A stretch of 64,000 nucleotides of DNA from Gammaproteobacteria bacterium (GTDB lineage Bacteria > Pseudomonadota > Gammaproteobacteria > DATFLL01): assembly GCA_035267785.1 (NCBI GenBank), contig DATFLL010000075.1:41579-105578 (forward strand). Reading direction: 5' to 3'. The notes beneath the pieces were generated by a model. It saw only the letters and a list, made by a program, of their open reading frames with translations, did not search any database and was not told the DNA's origin. This document shows, piece after piece, positions 1 to 9,020 of the stretch (positions within the stretch are counted from its first letter, which is position 1; every line of letters begins with the position of its first letter). Position numbers and translations under genes: made by a program.

Positions 1-994
1 CGTCCCCGCCGACCAGTACAAAACCGGCGACCAGTCCCGTGATCACCGCGTACATGGGTTCCATGGTGGCACAGCCGGCCGTGATGGCGACCAGGCCGCC
101 GATGGAGCCGTTGACCGTGGTCGTCATAAGCACGGGGCGCCGGCTGATCCACATCGTGGTCATGGCCCCGACCGCGCCGGAGGCGGCGGCCAAGTGGGTA
201 TTCAGGTTGATGAGCCCAATACTGGGCACGGCCGCGGCCGTGCTGCCGCCGTTGAAACCGAACCACCCCAGCCACAGGATGAAGCCCCCGAGGGCCACCA
301 GCGTCAGGTTGTGGCCCGGGATGGGACGCGCCTTTCCATCGGCATCGAATCGTCCCAGCCGCGGTCCGAGTACAATGATCCCCGCCAGCGCGACCCAGCC
401 GCCGATCGAATGCACCACGGTCGAGCCGGCAAAATCGATAAAGCCCATCTGCTTGAGCCAGCCCGAACCGGTATACAGGCTGCCCCAGGCCCAGCTGCCG
501 TAAACGGGATAGATGACGGCTGTGATGCCGATAGCCCCGACCAGATAGGACTCGTAGCGCGTGCGTTCGGCCATCGCCCCGGAGGCAATGGTCACGCAGG
601 TCGCGGCGAACATGGTCTGAAAGAGCAGCAGGCTGTAATCCATGTGTTCGGCATTGCCGAGCAGGAAGTGGTCCGTGCCCAGCCAACCGGTGGCATTGAC
701 GCCGAACATCAAACCGTAGCCCACAAGCCAGAACACGATGCTGCCCACGCACGCGTCGACGTAATTCTTCATGATGACGTTGACGGTGTTCTTGGAACGC
801 ACCATGCCACCCTCGAGCAGCGCGAAACCGGCTTGCATAAAGAACACCAGTGCGGCCGCGGTGACCAGCCAGACTGTGTCCATCGAGACCTGGAACGAGC
901 CCGTCCCGTCGGCTGCAAAGGCCGGTGCGGATAACAAAGCGAGGAGAGCCGCCGACGAGAACCTAACTATATTTTTACACCTTGATGCGAACAT
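1..994 (-). CDS. amtB: Ammonium transporter (Amt/MEP family), partial; C-terminus lies beyond the window start
   Basis: Reverse-strand translation reads MFASRCKNIVRFSSAALLALLSAPAFA (signal peptide), then MDTVWLVTAAALVFFMQAGFALLEGGMVRSKNTVNV ... IDFAGSTVVHSIGGWVALAGIIVLGPRLGRF ... GFNGGS, which are hallmark Amt motifs. ATG at 994..992 is in frame with no stops down to position 1. Missing from the ORF track because there is no in-window stop. Confidence 0.85.
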   Translation of the reverse strand, partial: MFASRCKNIVRFSSAALLALLSAPAFAADGTGSFQVSMDTVWLVTAAALVFFMQAGFALLEGGMVRSKNTVNVIMKNYVDACVGSIVFWLVGYGLMFGVNATGWLGTDHFLLGNAEHMDYSLLLFQTMFAATCVTIASGAMAERTRYESYLVGAIGITAVIYPVYGSWAWGSLYTGSGWLKQMGFIDFAGSTVVHSIGGWVALAGIIVLGPRLGRFDADGKARPIPGHNLTLVALGGFILWLGWFGFNGGSTAAAVPSIGLINLNTHLAAASGAVGAMTTMWISRRPVLMTTTVNGSIGGLVAITAGCATMEPMYAVITGLVAGFVLVGGD

Positions 995-1027
995 CGGATG
1001 CCCCTTGTTGTGTTATACGGGGCCTAG

Positions 1028-1043
1028 TGCAAGGGGTGTGCCA
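1028..1043 (-). promoter_or_regulatory. sigma54 (RpoN) -24/-12 promoter for amtB
   Basis: Minus strand reads TGGCACaccccTTGCA, an exact TGGCAC-N5-TTGCA consensus, about 35 nt upstream of the amtB ATG at 994. Confidence 0.6.
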
Positions 1044-1217
1044 TACGCGGAAATACCCCGGGGCCGTGATGTGGAACGCTTAAACGGCGCAGAGCGGTGC
1101 GGCGCGAGCGTACGGGTGCACCAAGGAGCATCGTCGCGGCGACCGCGTCGCGCCATAGTGGTGCGTTGCGGCTGCAGTGCGGCGGTCACGCTCCGCACCC
1201 GTTGGTAGGCCCAGGCC

Positions 1218-1688
1218 TCAGCGTTGGAAGTTGCCGACGAGCTCGGTGTGAGCCAGGATGTGGTCCTTCATCGCCTGTTCGAGCGTATGCTTGTCGGGTG
1301 ATGCCAGATCGGGTAGCACGGTATCCAGCGCGTACAGCTTGTGGAAGTATCGATGGCGGCCGACGGGCGGACAGGGGCCGCCGTAGCCGGTTCGCCCCCA
1401 GTTGTTCTTGCCCTCGCGGGTGCCGTTCGGTAGCTCGGTCGGCGTTACCGCCTCGGGCAGATGCGTCGCGTCAGGGGGCAGGTTGTAGAGCACCCAGTGG
1501 ACCCAGGTCATTCGCGGGGCGGCCGGGTCGGGGGCGTCGGGGTCGTCCACGATCAGCACGAGGCTCCGGGCGTCGGGCGGGACGCCGGTCCAGGCGAGCG
1601 GGGGCGAGATGTTCTCGCCGTCGCAGCTGTAGCGCGTGGGGATGGCCTGTTGGTGCTCGAAGGCGTCGGAGCGCAGTGTCAATGCCAT
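1218..1688 (-). CDS. YbhB/YbcL-family phosphatidylethanolamine-binding (PEBP/Raf-kinase-inhibitor-like) protein
   Basis: Translation MALTLRSDAFEHQQAIPTRYSCDGENISPPLAWTGVPPDARSLVLIVDDPDAP...GGPCPPVGRHRYFHKLYALD is typical of the bacterial PEBP family. Internal ATG chosen over the upstream extension. Confidence 0.8.
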   Translation of the reverse strand: MALTLRSDAFEHQQAIPTRYSCDGENISPPLAWTGVPPDARSLVLIVDDPDAPDPAAPRMTWVHWVLYNLPPDATHLPEAVTPTELPNGTREGKNNWGRTGYGGPCPPVGRHRYFHKLYALDTVLPDLASPDKHTLEQAMKDHILAHTELVGNFQR

Positions 1689-1854
1689 AGGTCCTCCTGG
1701 GGGCGTCGATGAGGCGCCGCGATCGCCCACTGTGCCTTTCCGGTGGGCAATGTCTCCGTGCACTGGGGACGGCGACTCTTATAATGAGCATGTACTGAGC
1801 ATGGTCGACCGGCGGGCGAACGTCGACCATGTTAGCCAAACGAAGGGAGCCGCA

Positions 1855-2706
1855 ATGCCCTACGAGACCCTGATCAGCGCCGAGGAGCTCTACTCCCGCC
1901 TTGGGGAGCCCGGCTGGGTGGTCGTGGACTGCCGTTTCGACCTGGCCGAGCCATCGGCCGGGCGCCGGGCGTACCGGTCCGCCCATCTGCCGGGCGCATA
2001 CTATGCTCACCTGGACGAGGACCTGTCCGGTCCGGTCGGCCGCTTCACCGGACGCCACCCGCTTCCCGCGCCCGAGGTGCTGGCCCGGCGAATCGCTGCG
2101 TGGGGTGTCGACGCCGCGACGCAGGTCGTGGCCTACGACGATCGGGGCGGGGCCTTCGCCGCGCGCCTCTGGTGGCTGCTGCGCTGGCTTGGTCATGACG
2201 CGGTTGCGGTGCTCGACGGCGGCCTGGGGGCGTGGCGCCGCCACGGTTACCCACTTGACGACCAGGTGCCGCCGGCGCGTCGTGCGGACTTCGTGCCCAA
2301 CGTGCGCGAGGCGCTGTGCCTGGACAGCGCGCAGGTCGAGGCCGCGCTGTCGCGCCAGGGGATTGCCCTGGTCGATGCGCGCGAGAGCCCGCGCTTTCGC
2401 GGCGAACACGAACCGATCGACCCCGTCGCCGGCCACATCCCCGGCGCGCGAAATCTGCCTTTTGCGGGCAACCTGGACGACGAAGGATGCTTTCTGGCGC
2501 CGGCGGCGCTGCGCTCGCGCCTGGCCTCGGTCCTGGGCGACCAGGACCCGAGCGCCAGCGTGCATATGTGCGGTTCGGGCGTGACGGCCTGTCATAACCT
2601 GCTGGCCATGGCGGTTGCCGGTTTGGGGGACGGCTGTCTGTATGCCGGTTCCTGGAGCGAGTGGATTCGCGACCCGCACCGGCCCGTGGCACGCGGTGAA
2701 GACTGA
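1855..2706 (+). CDS. sseA: Sulfurtransferase with two tandem rhodanese domains (3-mercaptopyruvate/thiosulfate sulfurtransferase)
   Basis: MPYETLISAEELYSRLGEPGWVVVDCRF ... catalytic loop VHMCGSGVTACH in the second domain. RBS AAGGGAG lies upstream of the ATG at 1855. Confidence 0.85.
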   Translation: MPYETLISAEELYSRLGEPGWVVVDCRFDLAEPSAGRRAYRSAHLPGAYYAHLDEDLSGPVGRFTGRHPLPAPEVLARRIAAWGVDAATQVVAYDDRGGAFAARLWWLLRWLGHDAVAVLDGGLGAWRRHGYPLDDQVPPARRADFVPNVREALCLDSAQVEAALSRQGIALVDARESPRFRGEHEPIDPVAGHIPGARNLPFAGNLDDEGCFLAPAALRSRLASVLGDQDPSASVHMCGSGVTACHNLLAMAVAGLGDGCLYAGSWSEWIRDPHRPVARGED

Positions 2707-2810
2707 GCTGGGGAGTCCGCCGTTAGCGGCGTCCGGGACGATTTCGGTTTGGTGGGGCAGTGAATACTGCTAACATCGTTGGAAAACGATAACGACGCCG
2801 GAGAGGGAGC

Positions 2811-3263
2811 ATGCCGCAGCAAGACACCCTAAAAGAGCGCCGGGGGCAGTCGCTTGATCAGCTGAAGAATCTGCTCAAGACCCGGACGGCGACTCTGGCA
2901 CTGTTCAGCCAGCTCGCTGCCAAGCGTCCCTTCAAGCCCGAGCCGGTGGTCCAGGAACTGCTGCAGGAGTTTTGTGAGTCCCTGGTGGACTATACGGCGA
3001 TCGCGCATTTTCAGCTCTATCGCCATTTCCAGGGTGGCCGGGAGCGCCGCCAGCCTGTGGTCGCGATCGCTGAGCAGGTCTACCACCGCATTGCCGATAC
3101 CACGGCTCAAATCCTGGATTTCAACGACAAGTATGATTGCGGCGACCACTGCGACGACCTGGGGGGCCTTGCCGATGACCTCTCCCGCCTGGGCGAGGTG
3201 CTGGCCGATCGCATCAATCTCGAAGACCGCGTCATCGCCGCATTGCGCGGCGCTCAGCGCTGA
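2811..3263 (+). CDS. rsd: Rsd/AlgQ family regulator of sigma D (anti-sigma70)
   Basis: FCESLVDYTAIAHFQLYRHF aligns to E. coli Rsd FCQSLVDYLSAGHFSIYERI. Length is 150 aa. RBS GGAGAGGGAG. Confidence 0.8.
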   Translation: MPQQDTLKERRGQSLDQLKNLLKTRTATLALFSQLAAKRPFKPEPVVQELLQEFCESLVDYTAIAHFQLYRHFQGGRERRQPVVAIAEQVYHRIADTTAQILDFNDKYDCGDHCDDLGGLADDLSRLGEVLADRINLEDRVIAALRGAQR

Positions 3264-3295
3264 CGTCCCTGCTCAGGCCGGTTGTGGCTCCGGCC

Positions 3296-3460
3296 TTACC
3301 GCGCCTGTACCCAGGGCCGCGCCCAACCCAGTGCATGGGCTCTTTCGGCCTCCTCCTCGTTGACTGTCTCGGTCGCATCATTTTCCGCGGCCAGCGCCTG
3401 CAAGGCCTCCCGGACGCTCAGTTCCTGGACCTCATAGATTGGCAACGGCGAGTCTTCCAT
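3296..3460 (-). CDS. Small hypothetical acidic protein (54 aa), below the ORF-track size cutoff
   Basis: Minus-strand ATG at 3460 is preceded by AAGGGAGG at a 6-7 nt spacing. Translation is MEDSPLPIYEVQELSVREALQALAAENDATETVNEEEAERAHALGWARPWVQAR, with stop TAA at 3298-3296. Convergent with rsd. Confidence 0.4.
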   Translation of the reverse strand: MEDSPLPIYEVQELSVREALQALAAENDATETVNEEEAERAHALGWARPWVQAR

Positions 3461-3483
3461 CGAACTTTTCCTCCCTTGTTTTA

Positions 3484-3600
3484 AGTGGTTATATAGGAAA
3501 AGTTAAAGTGAAATGCAAGTTGTTTTTATATCATACTGATTTAAAATAATAAATATTAGGGTTCCGCCGCCGTGCGGGGCTTGTGTTATGTTGCCGAGAT
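3484..3600. other. AT-rich intergenic tract with strongly atypical composition for this window
   Basis: ttaagtggttatataggaaaagttaaagtgaaatgcaagttgtttttatatcatactgatttaaaataataaatattagg sits inside DNA that is otherwise about two-thirds GC. It is upstream of the vapD-like gene. Confidence 0.6.
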
Positions 3601-3680
3601 CGGGGCCGGCGCCTCACCTCGCGCCCGTGGAGCGTGGGAGACCCGTCGCTCGGTCCGAATCGTTACACCGAGGAACACGC

Positions 3681-4025
3681 ATGACTTACGCAATCGTCGT
3701 GAATATGGACTACGAGAACAATCCGCCCGAAACGTGCGGCGATCTATGGGAGGAGATAAAGCGGCGAATGCTGGCGGCAGGATTTATCCGCGACGGGCGG
3801 ACCTTCACCACTTCCCTGCCGGAAAAGGAGGCGACCCGCCTGGCCCGACGGGTCATGGCCGAACTCGAGGAACAGCTCGAGCGGCACGACCGGGACGTCT
3901 ACCATTACTTGAGAGACTTCTACGGCTACGATCTGGCGTATACCACCAACCTGATGCTGCCGCCCACCGAGGAGATCGAGGTCGAGGAGGAGACGCCGAC
4001 GCGCCCCTCCAAGCCCGGTCAGTAA
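3681..4025 (+). CDS. vapD: VapD-family (Cas2-like endoribonuclease fold) protein, orphan
   Basis: MTYAIVVNMDYENNPPETCGDLWEEIKRRMLAAGFIRDGRTFTT ... DVYHYLRDFYGYDLAYTT parallels VapD MYAIAFDL...LGFEWTQGSVY...DIRAFKVTDFSDFT. RBS GAGGA lies before the ATG at 3681. Confidence 0.5.
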   Translation: MTYAIVVNMDYENNPPETCGDLWEEIKRRMLAAGFIRDGRTFTTSLPEKEATRLARRVMAELEEQLERHDRDVYHYLRDFYGYDLAYTTNLMLPPTEEIEVEEETPTRPSKPGQ

Positions 4026-4058
4026 GCGCCTACCGGAGGATTTGGACCTCGGGCCCTG

Positions 4059-4238
4059 TCAGCGGCCGCTGAAGCCGCTGTGTTCCTGCAGGTCCTCGCC
4101 GGCTCCGTTCGGCCGCCGCTGTCGGGCCTCACGCAGGCGGCGGCGGATCGGTTCGGTGATCCCCATCTGATGGCCGAGGTGGAAACCCAGCCAAAAGGCC
4201 AACATGGAAGCGGCGAGGGCGGCGGCGATGGTCAGCAC
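4059..4238 (-). CDS. Small single-TM membrane protein (59 aa), GTG start
   Basis: GGAGG RBS then GTG. Translation is VLTIAAALAASMLAFWLGFHLGHQMGITEPIRRRLREARQRRPNGAGEDLQEHSGFSGR, a hydrophobic helix followed by a basic tail. Confidence 0.4.
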   Translation of the reverse strand: MLTIAAALAASMLAFWLGFHLGHQMGITEPIRRRLREARQRRPNGAGEDLQEHSGFSGR

Positions 4239-4516
4239 GGCGAATCCTCCTGACAGGCGAAATAAAGGCTCCTTCAAGTGATATCGACCACCCACCCGGC
4301 GTCTTGAACCGGCCCGAGAGATTGAGCACCGGCGTAGCGCCCCTTCACCCGTGGACCGACATCAGAGGTCACAATCTGACACGCCGCGTCACGGGTGCCT
4401 CTGATTATCACGAACTGAAGCGGATTTCCTGCCGTTTTGATTTGGCACGCGGATTGTATGGGTTAAGTGCGAATGTCAAATGGCCGTTACCCGGTCGTCA
4501 CAAAGGCTACCTGCGC

Positions 4517-4921
4517 ATGTCTCAGCCCCAGGATCCCGTCGACAAGCGATCGCCCGGCCGACGGACGTTGCGGCGCGTGCCGTTGACCGACGACGATCTA
4601 CGCCGCCAGACCGCCGAGCGGCGCGGCACGGGCGGTACCAGCGACGACAACCGCGACTGCGGTTTTCTGCCCGCCTTCCGCGACAGCCTGACGGGCAAGA
4701 TCTACCCGTCGCGTTACGCCGACGGCCGCCCGGCCTGCGTCCACCTGCTGGAGGGCCTGCCGGGGGATCTGGTGGTCGAGCGGGGCACGGACGGCCAGCC
4801 GGTCGCCGTCAAAGGTTCCCTGGAGCCGGGATTCACGCGCGAGGGGCGCTTCTACACCCGCGAAGAGGCGGCGGCCTTGGCGGCCGAGACGGGGGCGAGG
4901 GGAGAGCGCGCGACAGGCTGA
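4517..4921 (+). CDS. Hypothetical protein (134 aa)
   Basis: ORF MSQPQDPVDKRSPGRRTLRRVPLTDDDLRRQ...CGFLPAFRDSLTGKIYPSRYADGRPACVHLLEGLPGDLVVERGTDGQPVAVKGSLEPGFTREGRFYTREEAAALAAE. I recognise no family. Internal ATG chosen. Confidence 0.45.
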   Translation: MSQPQDPVDKRSPGRRTLRRVPLTDDDLRRQTAERRGTGGTSDDNRDCGFLPAFRDSLTGKIYPSRYADGRPACVHLLEGLPGDLVVERGTDGQPVAVKGSLEPGFTREGRFYTREEAAALAAETGARGERATG

Positions 4922-4943
4922 GGCTTGGCCCGGCGAGGCCCGC

Positions 4944-6953
4944 CTACAACTCGGTGCCGGCGTCGTCGGCGACAGGCGGCACCGTCTGCATCCGTTGCTG
5001 GAGTGGCTCCGGCGAATATCCCAGCCGCTGCTGGTAGATCACCGTGTAGGCCATGACCCGGCGGAGATAATTGCGGGTCTCGGCATAGGGGACGGTTTCG
5101 ACCCACACGTCCGCCGCCATGGGGCCGCTCTGCGGTTGCCATGCCCGTACCCGTCGGGCTCCGGCATTGTACGCCGCCGTTGCCAGCACGGTGTGGCCCC
5201 CGAAGCGATCCTCGACCCGTTTCAGGTAGCGTACCCCCAATCGGATATTCGTACCTGCATCGAGCAGGGCCGAGCGGTTTCCCAGATGGACCTGCAGGGT
5301 ACGGGCCATCTGGCGCGCGGTGCGCGGCAGCAGCTGCATCAGGCCCATGGCCCCGGCGGACGAATGGGCATCGGGCGTAAAGGCGCTTTCCTGGCGAATG
5401 ACCGCGAAGGCCCAGGCCGGATCGATATCGTGGCTGGCCGCTTCGCTCACGACCTCGTCCTGGTAGGCCAGCGGGAAGCGCAGCTTCAAATCATCCCAGT
5501 AACGCGCGCGCCCGAGAGTGAAAATCGCGCGGTCGTGCCAACCCCATTGATGCGCCAGCTGGGCGGCCTTGAGCAACTGCGGCTCGCTCAATGTCGGCAG
5601 TACGGTGCGCCACTCGCGCCGTGCGTCGACGACGTGGCCGATGTGGAAGAGCTCACGCGCCCGTTGAATACCGGGCAGGTCCGCCACCTCGCGCAGCTCC
5701 TCGGCGCGATAGACCAGGGGGCGCTCGTCGAATCGGTAGGCCGTACCGGCGCGGTCGGCGGCCAGGAACCCGTAATAGCCCCGCTCGGCGGCCAATGACT
5801 TATACAGCGCCTTGGCCGGCGCCTTTCGTCCCATCGCCTCCAGGGCCCGGGCGCGCCAGTAGCGCCAGCGAGCGCTTTGGCGCCGCTCGGGGGCGAGCGC
5901 ATCGATCCAGGTCAATGCCTGTTCCCACTCGCCCTCGCGCAGCGCGGCCACGATATGGGTAGTGCGCAAGCGGCGCAGCGCGGCGGGATCCTTGATGCGT
6001 TGTATCCAGTGGGCGGCGCCGGCATCTCCCGCATCGGCCAGCTCCAGGGCGATGGTCCGCTCGATGGCCGCGCGTTCGATCTTCGTGACTGGGGCGCTGG
6101 CGCCGTGCGTCTGCCAGAAGGCCGCGGCACGCTGCGGGTCCGCGTGGGCAAGGCGGCGCAGCCCGTCGCTCAGGATCCAGCCGGCGAGCCCATTGGGGGT
6201 AGCTGCCGCGGCCAGCAGGCCCGGCTCGGTCAGGACCCGCTGGGGCTCGCGGCGGATCTGGCGCCAGAGGGTGACCTGGCCGCGTTGGGCCTGCGGCAGG
6301 TAGCGGGCCAGGTAGCCCGCCAGGCCGGACTGGCCCGCCTGCATGGCCAGGTGGATGCGCTCCCAGACCAGATCGGGCGTCAGGTTGCCCGCTTCGCGCC
6401 ACGCGCGGAAGACAGGGTCGCAGCTCTTCGGGCGCGACCGGCCGACCAGCCACAGCGAGCGAACGACGGGGCCCGCCTTGTCCTGCTGCATTTGCTCGAG
6501 TAAGGCACGGGCATAGTCGCAACGCAGCGTCTCGCCGGTCCCCGGGACGTAGGCGGCCAGAAATTGTTTCCACTGGCGGCGGCGTGCCAGGGTGTCCAGC
6601 CAATCGCGCTGCAGCCGGGGGGCGAGCGGGGTATCGGCGTAGCGATCGAGGAAGGCCTTGATACGCGCCGCCTTGGCGCCATCGAGTTCCTGTTCGAGGC
6701 GGTCGAAGACGAGGTAAGGATAGAGGGGATAGTCGCGCAGGGTCGCGGCGAGGCGCTCGAAGGTGGCCGTGTCGCCTGCGGCCAGGGCGCGCTCGGCGGC
6801 CACGAAGGCCTGGCGTTCCAGCTGTGGCGGGCGTGCGGGGGCACCTGCGAGCGCTGCCGTGCTCACTGCGGCGGCGGCCAATAGGATTGCGCCCGCGGCG
6901 TGCCGGGCACGGCCTCGCGGCCGGCAGCGGGAATCGGCGGATTGGAATTTCAC
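4944..6953 (-). CDS. slt: Soluble lytic murein transglycosylase (Slt70 family)
   Basis: GTG start VKFQSADSRC... with signal peptide AILLAAAAVSTAALAG. N-terminal superhelical repeats. C-terminal SLT domain with IRQESAFTPDAHSSAGAMGLMQLLPRTA and ATAAYNAG. Confidence 0.85.
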   Translation of the reverse strand: MKFQSADSRCRPRGRARHAAGAILLAAAAVSTAALAGAPARPPQLERQAFVAAERALAAGDTATFERLAATLRDYPLYPYLVFDRLEQELDGAKAARIKAFLDRYADTPLAPRLQRDWLDTLARRRQWKQFLAAYVPGTGETLRCDYARALLEQMQQDKAGPVVRSLWLVGRSRPKSCDPVFRAWREAGNLTPDLVWERIHLAMQAGQSGLAGYLARYLPQAQRGQVTLWRQIRREPQRVLTEPGLLAAAATPNGLAGWILSDGLRRLAHADPQRAAAFWQTHGASAPVTKIERAAIERTIALELADAGDAGAAHWIQRIKDPAALRRLRTTHIVAALREGEWEQALTWIDALAPERRQSARWRYWRARALEAMGRKAPAKALYKSLAAERGYYGFLAADRAGTAYRFDERPLVYRAEELREVADLPGIQRARELFHIGHVVDARREWRTVLPTLSEPQLLKAAQLAHQWGWHDRAIFTLGRARYWDDLKLRFPLAYQDEVVSEAASHDIDPAWAFAVIRQESAFTPDAHSSAGAMGLMQLLPRTARQMARTLQVHLGNRSALLDAGTNIRLGVRYLKRVEDRFGGHTVLATAAYNAGARRVRAWQPQSGPMAADVWVETVPYAETRNYLRRVMAYTVIYQQRLGYSPEPLQQRMQTVPPVADDAGTEL

Positions 6954-7221
6954 GGCCAGCCCCCTGATTTTCGATACCTTTTCCCTACGGGTATCCGATA
7001 GGGTCCCACTATAGTCATCGGCAGGCGCAGAGCAAAGGTTGAGCCGCGTCCAACTGCCCGCAGGCCGGTTGCGGCCGGCCAATCGGAGCAGCCCGATCCG
7101 GGCCCGGTATGGTTTATACTGCGGGTTTTTAGCGTGGCCGCCCCGACATTGCCCACGGGCGGCCCCTGCATGCGTTCCCGCGCGGATGCCTATCCGGCGC
7201 GGCCAGTCCTGGAGTCCGTCG

Positions 7222-8907
7222 ATGACCGAGAAGCTCAACAAATACAGCGCCCGCATCACCCAGCCGAAGTCCCAGGGAGCCTCCCAGGCCATGCTCTACG
7301 GCACCGGCCTGACCGAAAAGGACCTGGACAAGCCCGAGGTCGGCATCTCCTCGGTCTGGTGGGAGGGCAACACCTGCAACATGCACCTCAACGACCTGGC
7401 CGCCAAGGTCAAGGAGGGCGTCGAGGCCGCGGGACTGGTGGGGATGCGCTTCAACACCATCGGTGTCTCCGACGGCATTTCCATGGGCACCGAGGGCATG
7501 AGCTACTCGCTGCAGTCGCGCGACCTCATCGCCGATTCGGTCGAGACGGTCATGAAGGGCCAGTGGTACGACGCGAACATCTCCCTGCCCGGCTGCGACA
7601 AGAACATGCCGGGCGTGCTGATTGCGATGGGGCGCGTCAACCGCCCCTCGCTGATGATCTATGGTGGGACCATCAAGCCCGGCTATACTGACAAGGGGCA
7701 CGAGGTGGTGGATATCGTCTCGGCCTTCCAGAGCTATGGCCAGTTCCTCGCCCAGCGCATCGACGAGACCGAGCGCCAGGACATCGTGCGCCACGCCTGT
7801 CCGGGGGCCGGCGCCTGCGGCGGCATGTATACGGCCAATACCATGGCCTCGGCAATCGAGGCCATGGGCATGTCCCTGCCCTACAGCTCCTCGACGCCGG
7901 CGGTCGATCCCCTGAAGCTCGACGAATGCGTTCGCGCCGGACAGGCCATTCGCCACCTGCTCGAGCGCGATATCAAGCCGCGCGACATCATGACCCGCGA
8001 GGCCTTCGAGAATGCGATGGTGATCGTGATGGCGCTGGGCGGTTCGACCAATGCCGTGCTGCATCTCATCGCCATGGCGCGTTCGGTCGAGGTGGACTTG
8101 ACCATCGACGATTTCCAGGCCGTCTCCGACCGGGTGCCCTTCCTCGCCGACCTCAAGCCCTCGGGCAAGTACGTGATGGAGGACCTGCACAACGTTGGCG
8201 GGACCCCGGCCGTGATGAAGTATCTGATGGAACAGGGCCTGATCAACGGCGATTGCCTGACCGTCACCGGCAAGACGGTCGCAGAGAACCTCGCCGATCT
8301 CCCGGGGCTGAGCGCCGGACAGGAGGTGTTCCGCCCGGTGGAGCGGCCCATCAAGGAGACCGGTCATATTCAGATCCTCAAGGGCAACCTCGCCCCGGGC
8401 GGATCGGTGGCCAAGATCACCGGCAAGGAGGGTCTGCAGTTCTCCGGTCCGGCCCGAGTGTTCGACTGCGAGGAAGACATGCTCAAGGGCCTGGAGGAGG
8501 GCCGCATCCGGAAGGGCGATGTGGTCATCATCCGCTACGAGGGACCGAAGGGTGGTCCGGGCATGCCCGAGATGTTGACGCCGACCTCGGCGATCATGGG
8601 GGCGGGCTTGGGCAGCGATGTGGCCCTGCTGACCGACGGACGCTTCTCCGGCGGTTCACACGGTTTCATCATCGGGCATATCGTACCCGAGGCGCAGGAA
8701 GGCGGACCGCTGGCGCTGGTGCGCGACGGTGACACGGTTACCATCGATGCCGCCCGGCGCGCCATCGAGGTCGATGTCGACGAGCAGGAGATGGCCCGCC
8801 GGCGCGAGGCGTGGCAGATGCCCCCCTATAAGGCGACCCGCGGAACACTGTCCAAGTACATCAAGAACGTCAAGAACGCCTCCGAGGGCTGTGTCACCGA
8901 CGAATAA
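7222..8907 (+). CDS. ilvD: Dihydroxy-acid dehydratase
   Basis: [30 protein letters not shown] ... CDKNMPG ... [16 protein letters not shown]. Full-length IlvD, 561 aa. Confidence 0.95.
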   Translation: MTEKLNKYSARITQPKSQGASQAMLYGTGLTEKDLDKPEVGISSVWWEGNTCNMHLNDLAAKVKEGVEAAGLVGMRFNTIGVSDGISMGTEGMSYSLQSRDLIADSVETVMKGQWYDANISLPGCDKNMPGVLIAMGRVNRPSLMIYGGTIKPGYTDKGHEVVDIVSAFQSYGQFLAQRIDETERQDIVRHACPGAGACGGMYTANTMASAIEAMGMSLPYSSSTPAVDPLKLDECVRAGQAIRHLLERDIKPRDIMTREAFENAMVIVMALGGSTNAVLHLIAMARSVEVDLTIDDFQAVSDRVPFLADLKPSGKYVMEDLHNVGGTPAVMKYLMEQGLINGDCLTVTGKTVAENLADLPGLSAGQEVFRPVERPIKETGHIQILKGNLAPGGSVAKITGKEGLQFSGPARVFDCEEDMLKGLEEGRIRKGDVVIIRYEGPKGGPGMPEMLTPTSAIMGAGLGSDVALLTDGRFSGGSHGFIIGHIVPEAQEGGPLALVRDGDTVTIDAARRAIEVDVDEQEMARRREAWQMPPYKATRGTLSKYIKNVKNASEGCVTDE

Positions 8908-8930
8908 GCCTGCCGCCGTCGCCGGCACGC

Positions 8931-8963
8931 GCTCGTTCACGGGCGGTGCCGGCACCCTCTAAA
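8931..8963 (+). terminator. GC-rich hairpin downstream of ilvD (putative terminator)
   Basis: GCCGGCAC gcgctcgttcacgggcg GTGCCGGC is an 8-bp perfect stem. No strong T-tract follows. Confidence 0.35.
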
Positions 8964-9020
8964 GAATCTATGGATTGGCACGATAGAATAATTATATAAG
9001 GTTCCGATCAGGAGGCGGCC

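Noticed and set aside
1471-2679. 402-aa minus-strand ORF and other overlapping frames in the sseA region (1461-2692)
   Set aside because: They are antisense or out of frame relative to the rhodanese sulfurtransferase and PEBP genes. The translations are Arg/Pro/Ala-rich without motifs.
3681-4025. Possible CRISPR-Cas locus because of the Cas2-like VapD
   Set aside because: No repeat-spacer array, cas1 or other cas genes anywhere in the 64 kb. VapD is known to occur as a stand-alone.
7129-8367. 412-aa minus-strand ORF inside ilvD
   Set aside because: Antisense to a full-length, strongly conserved IlvD. High-GC artefact.
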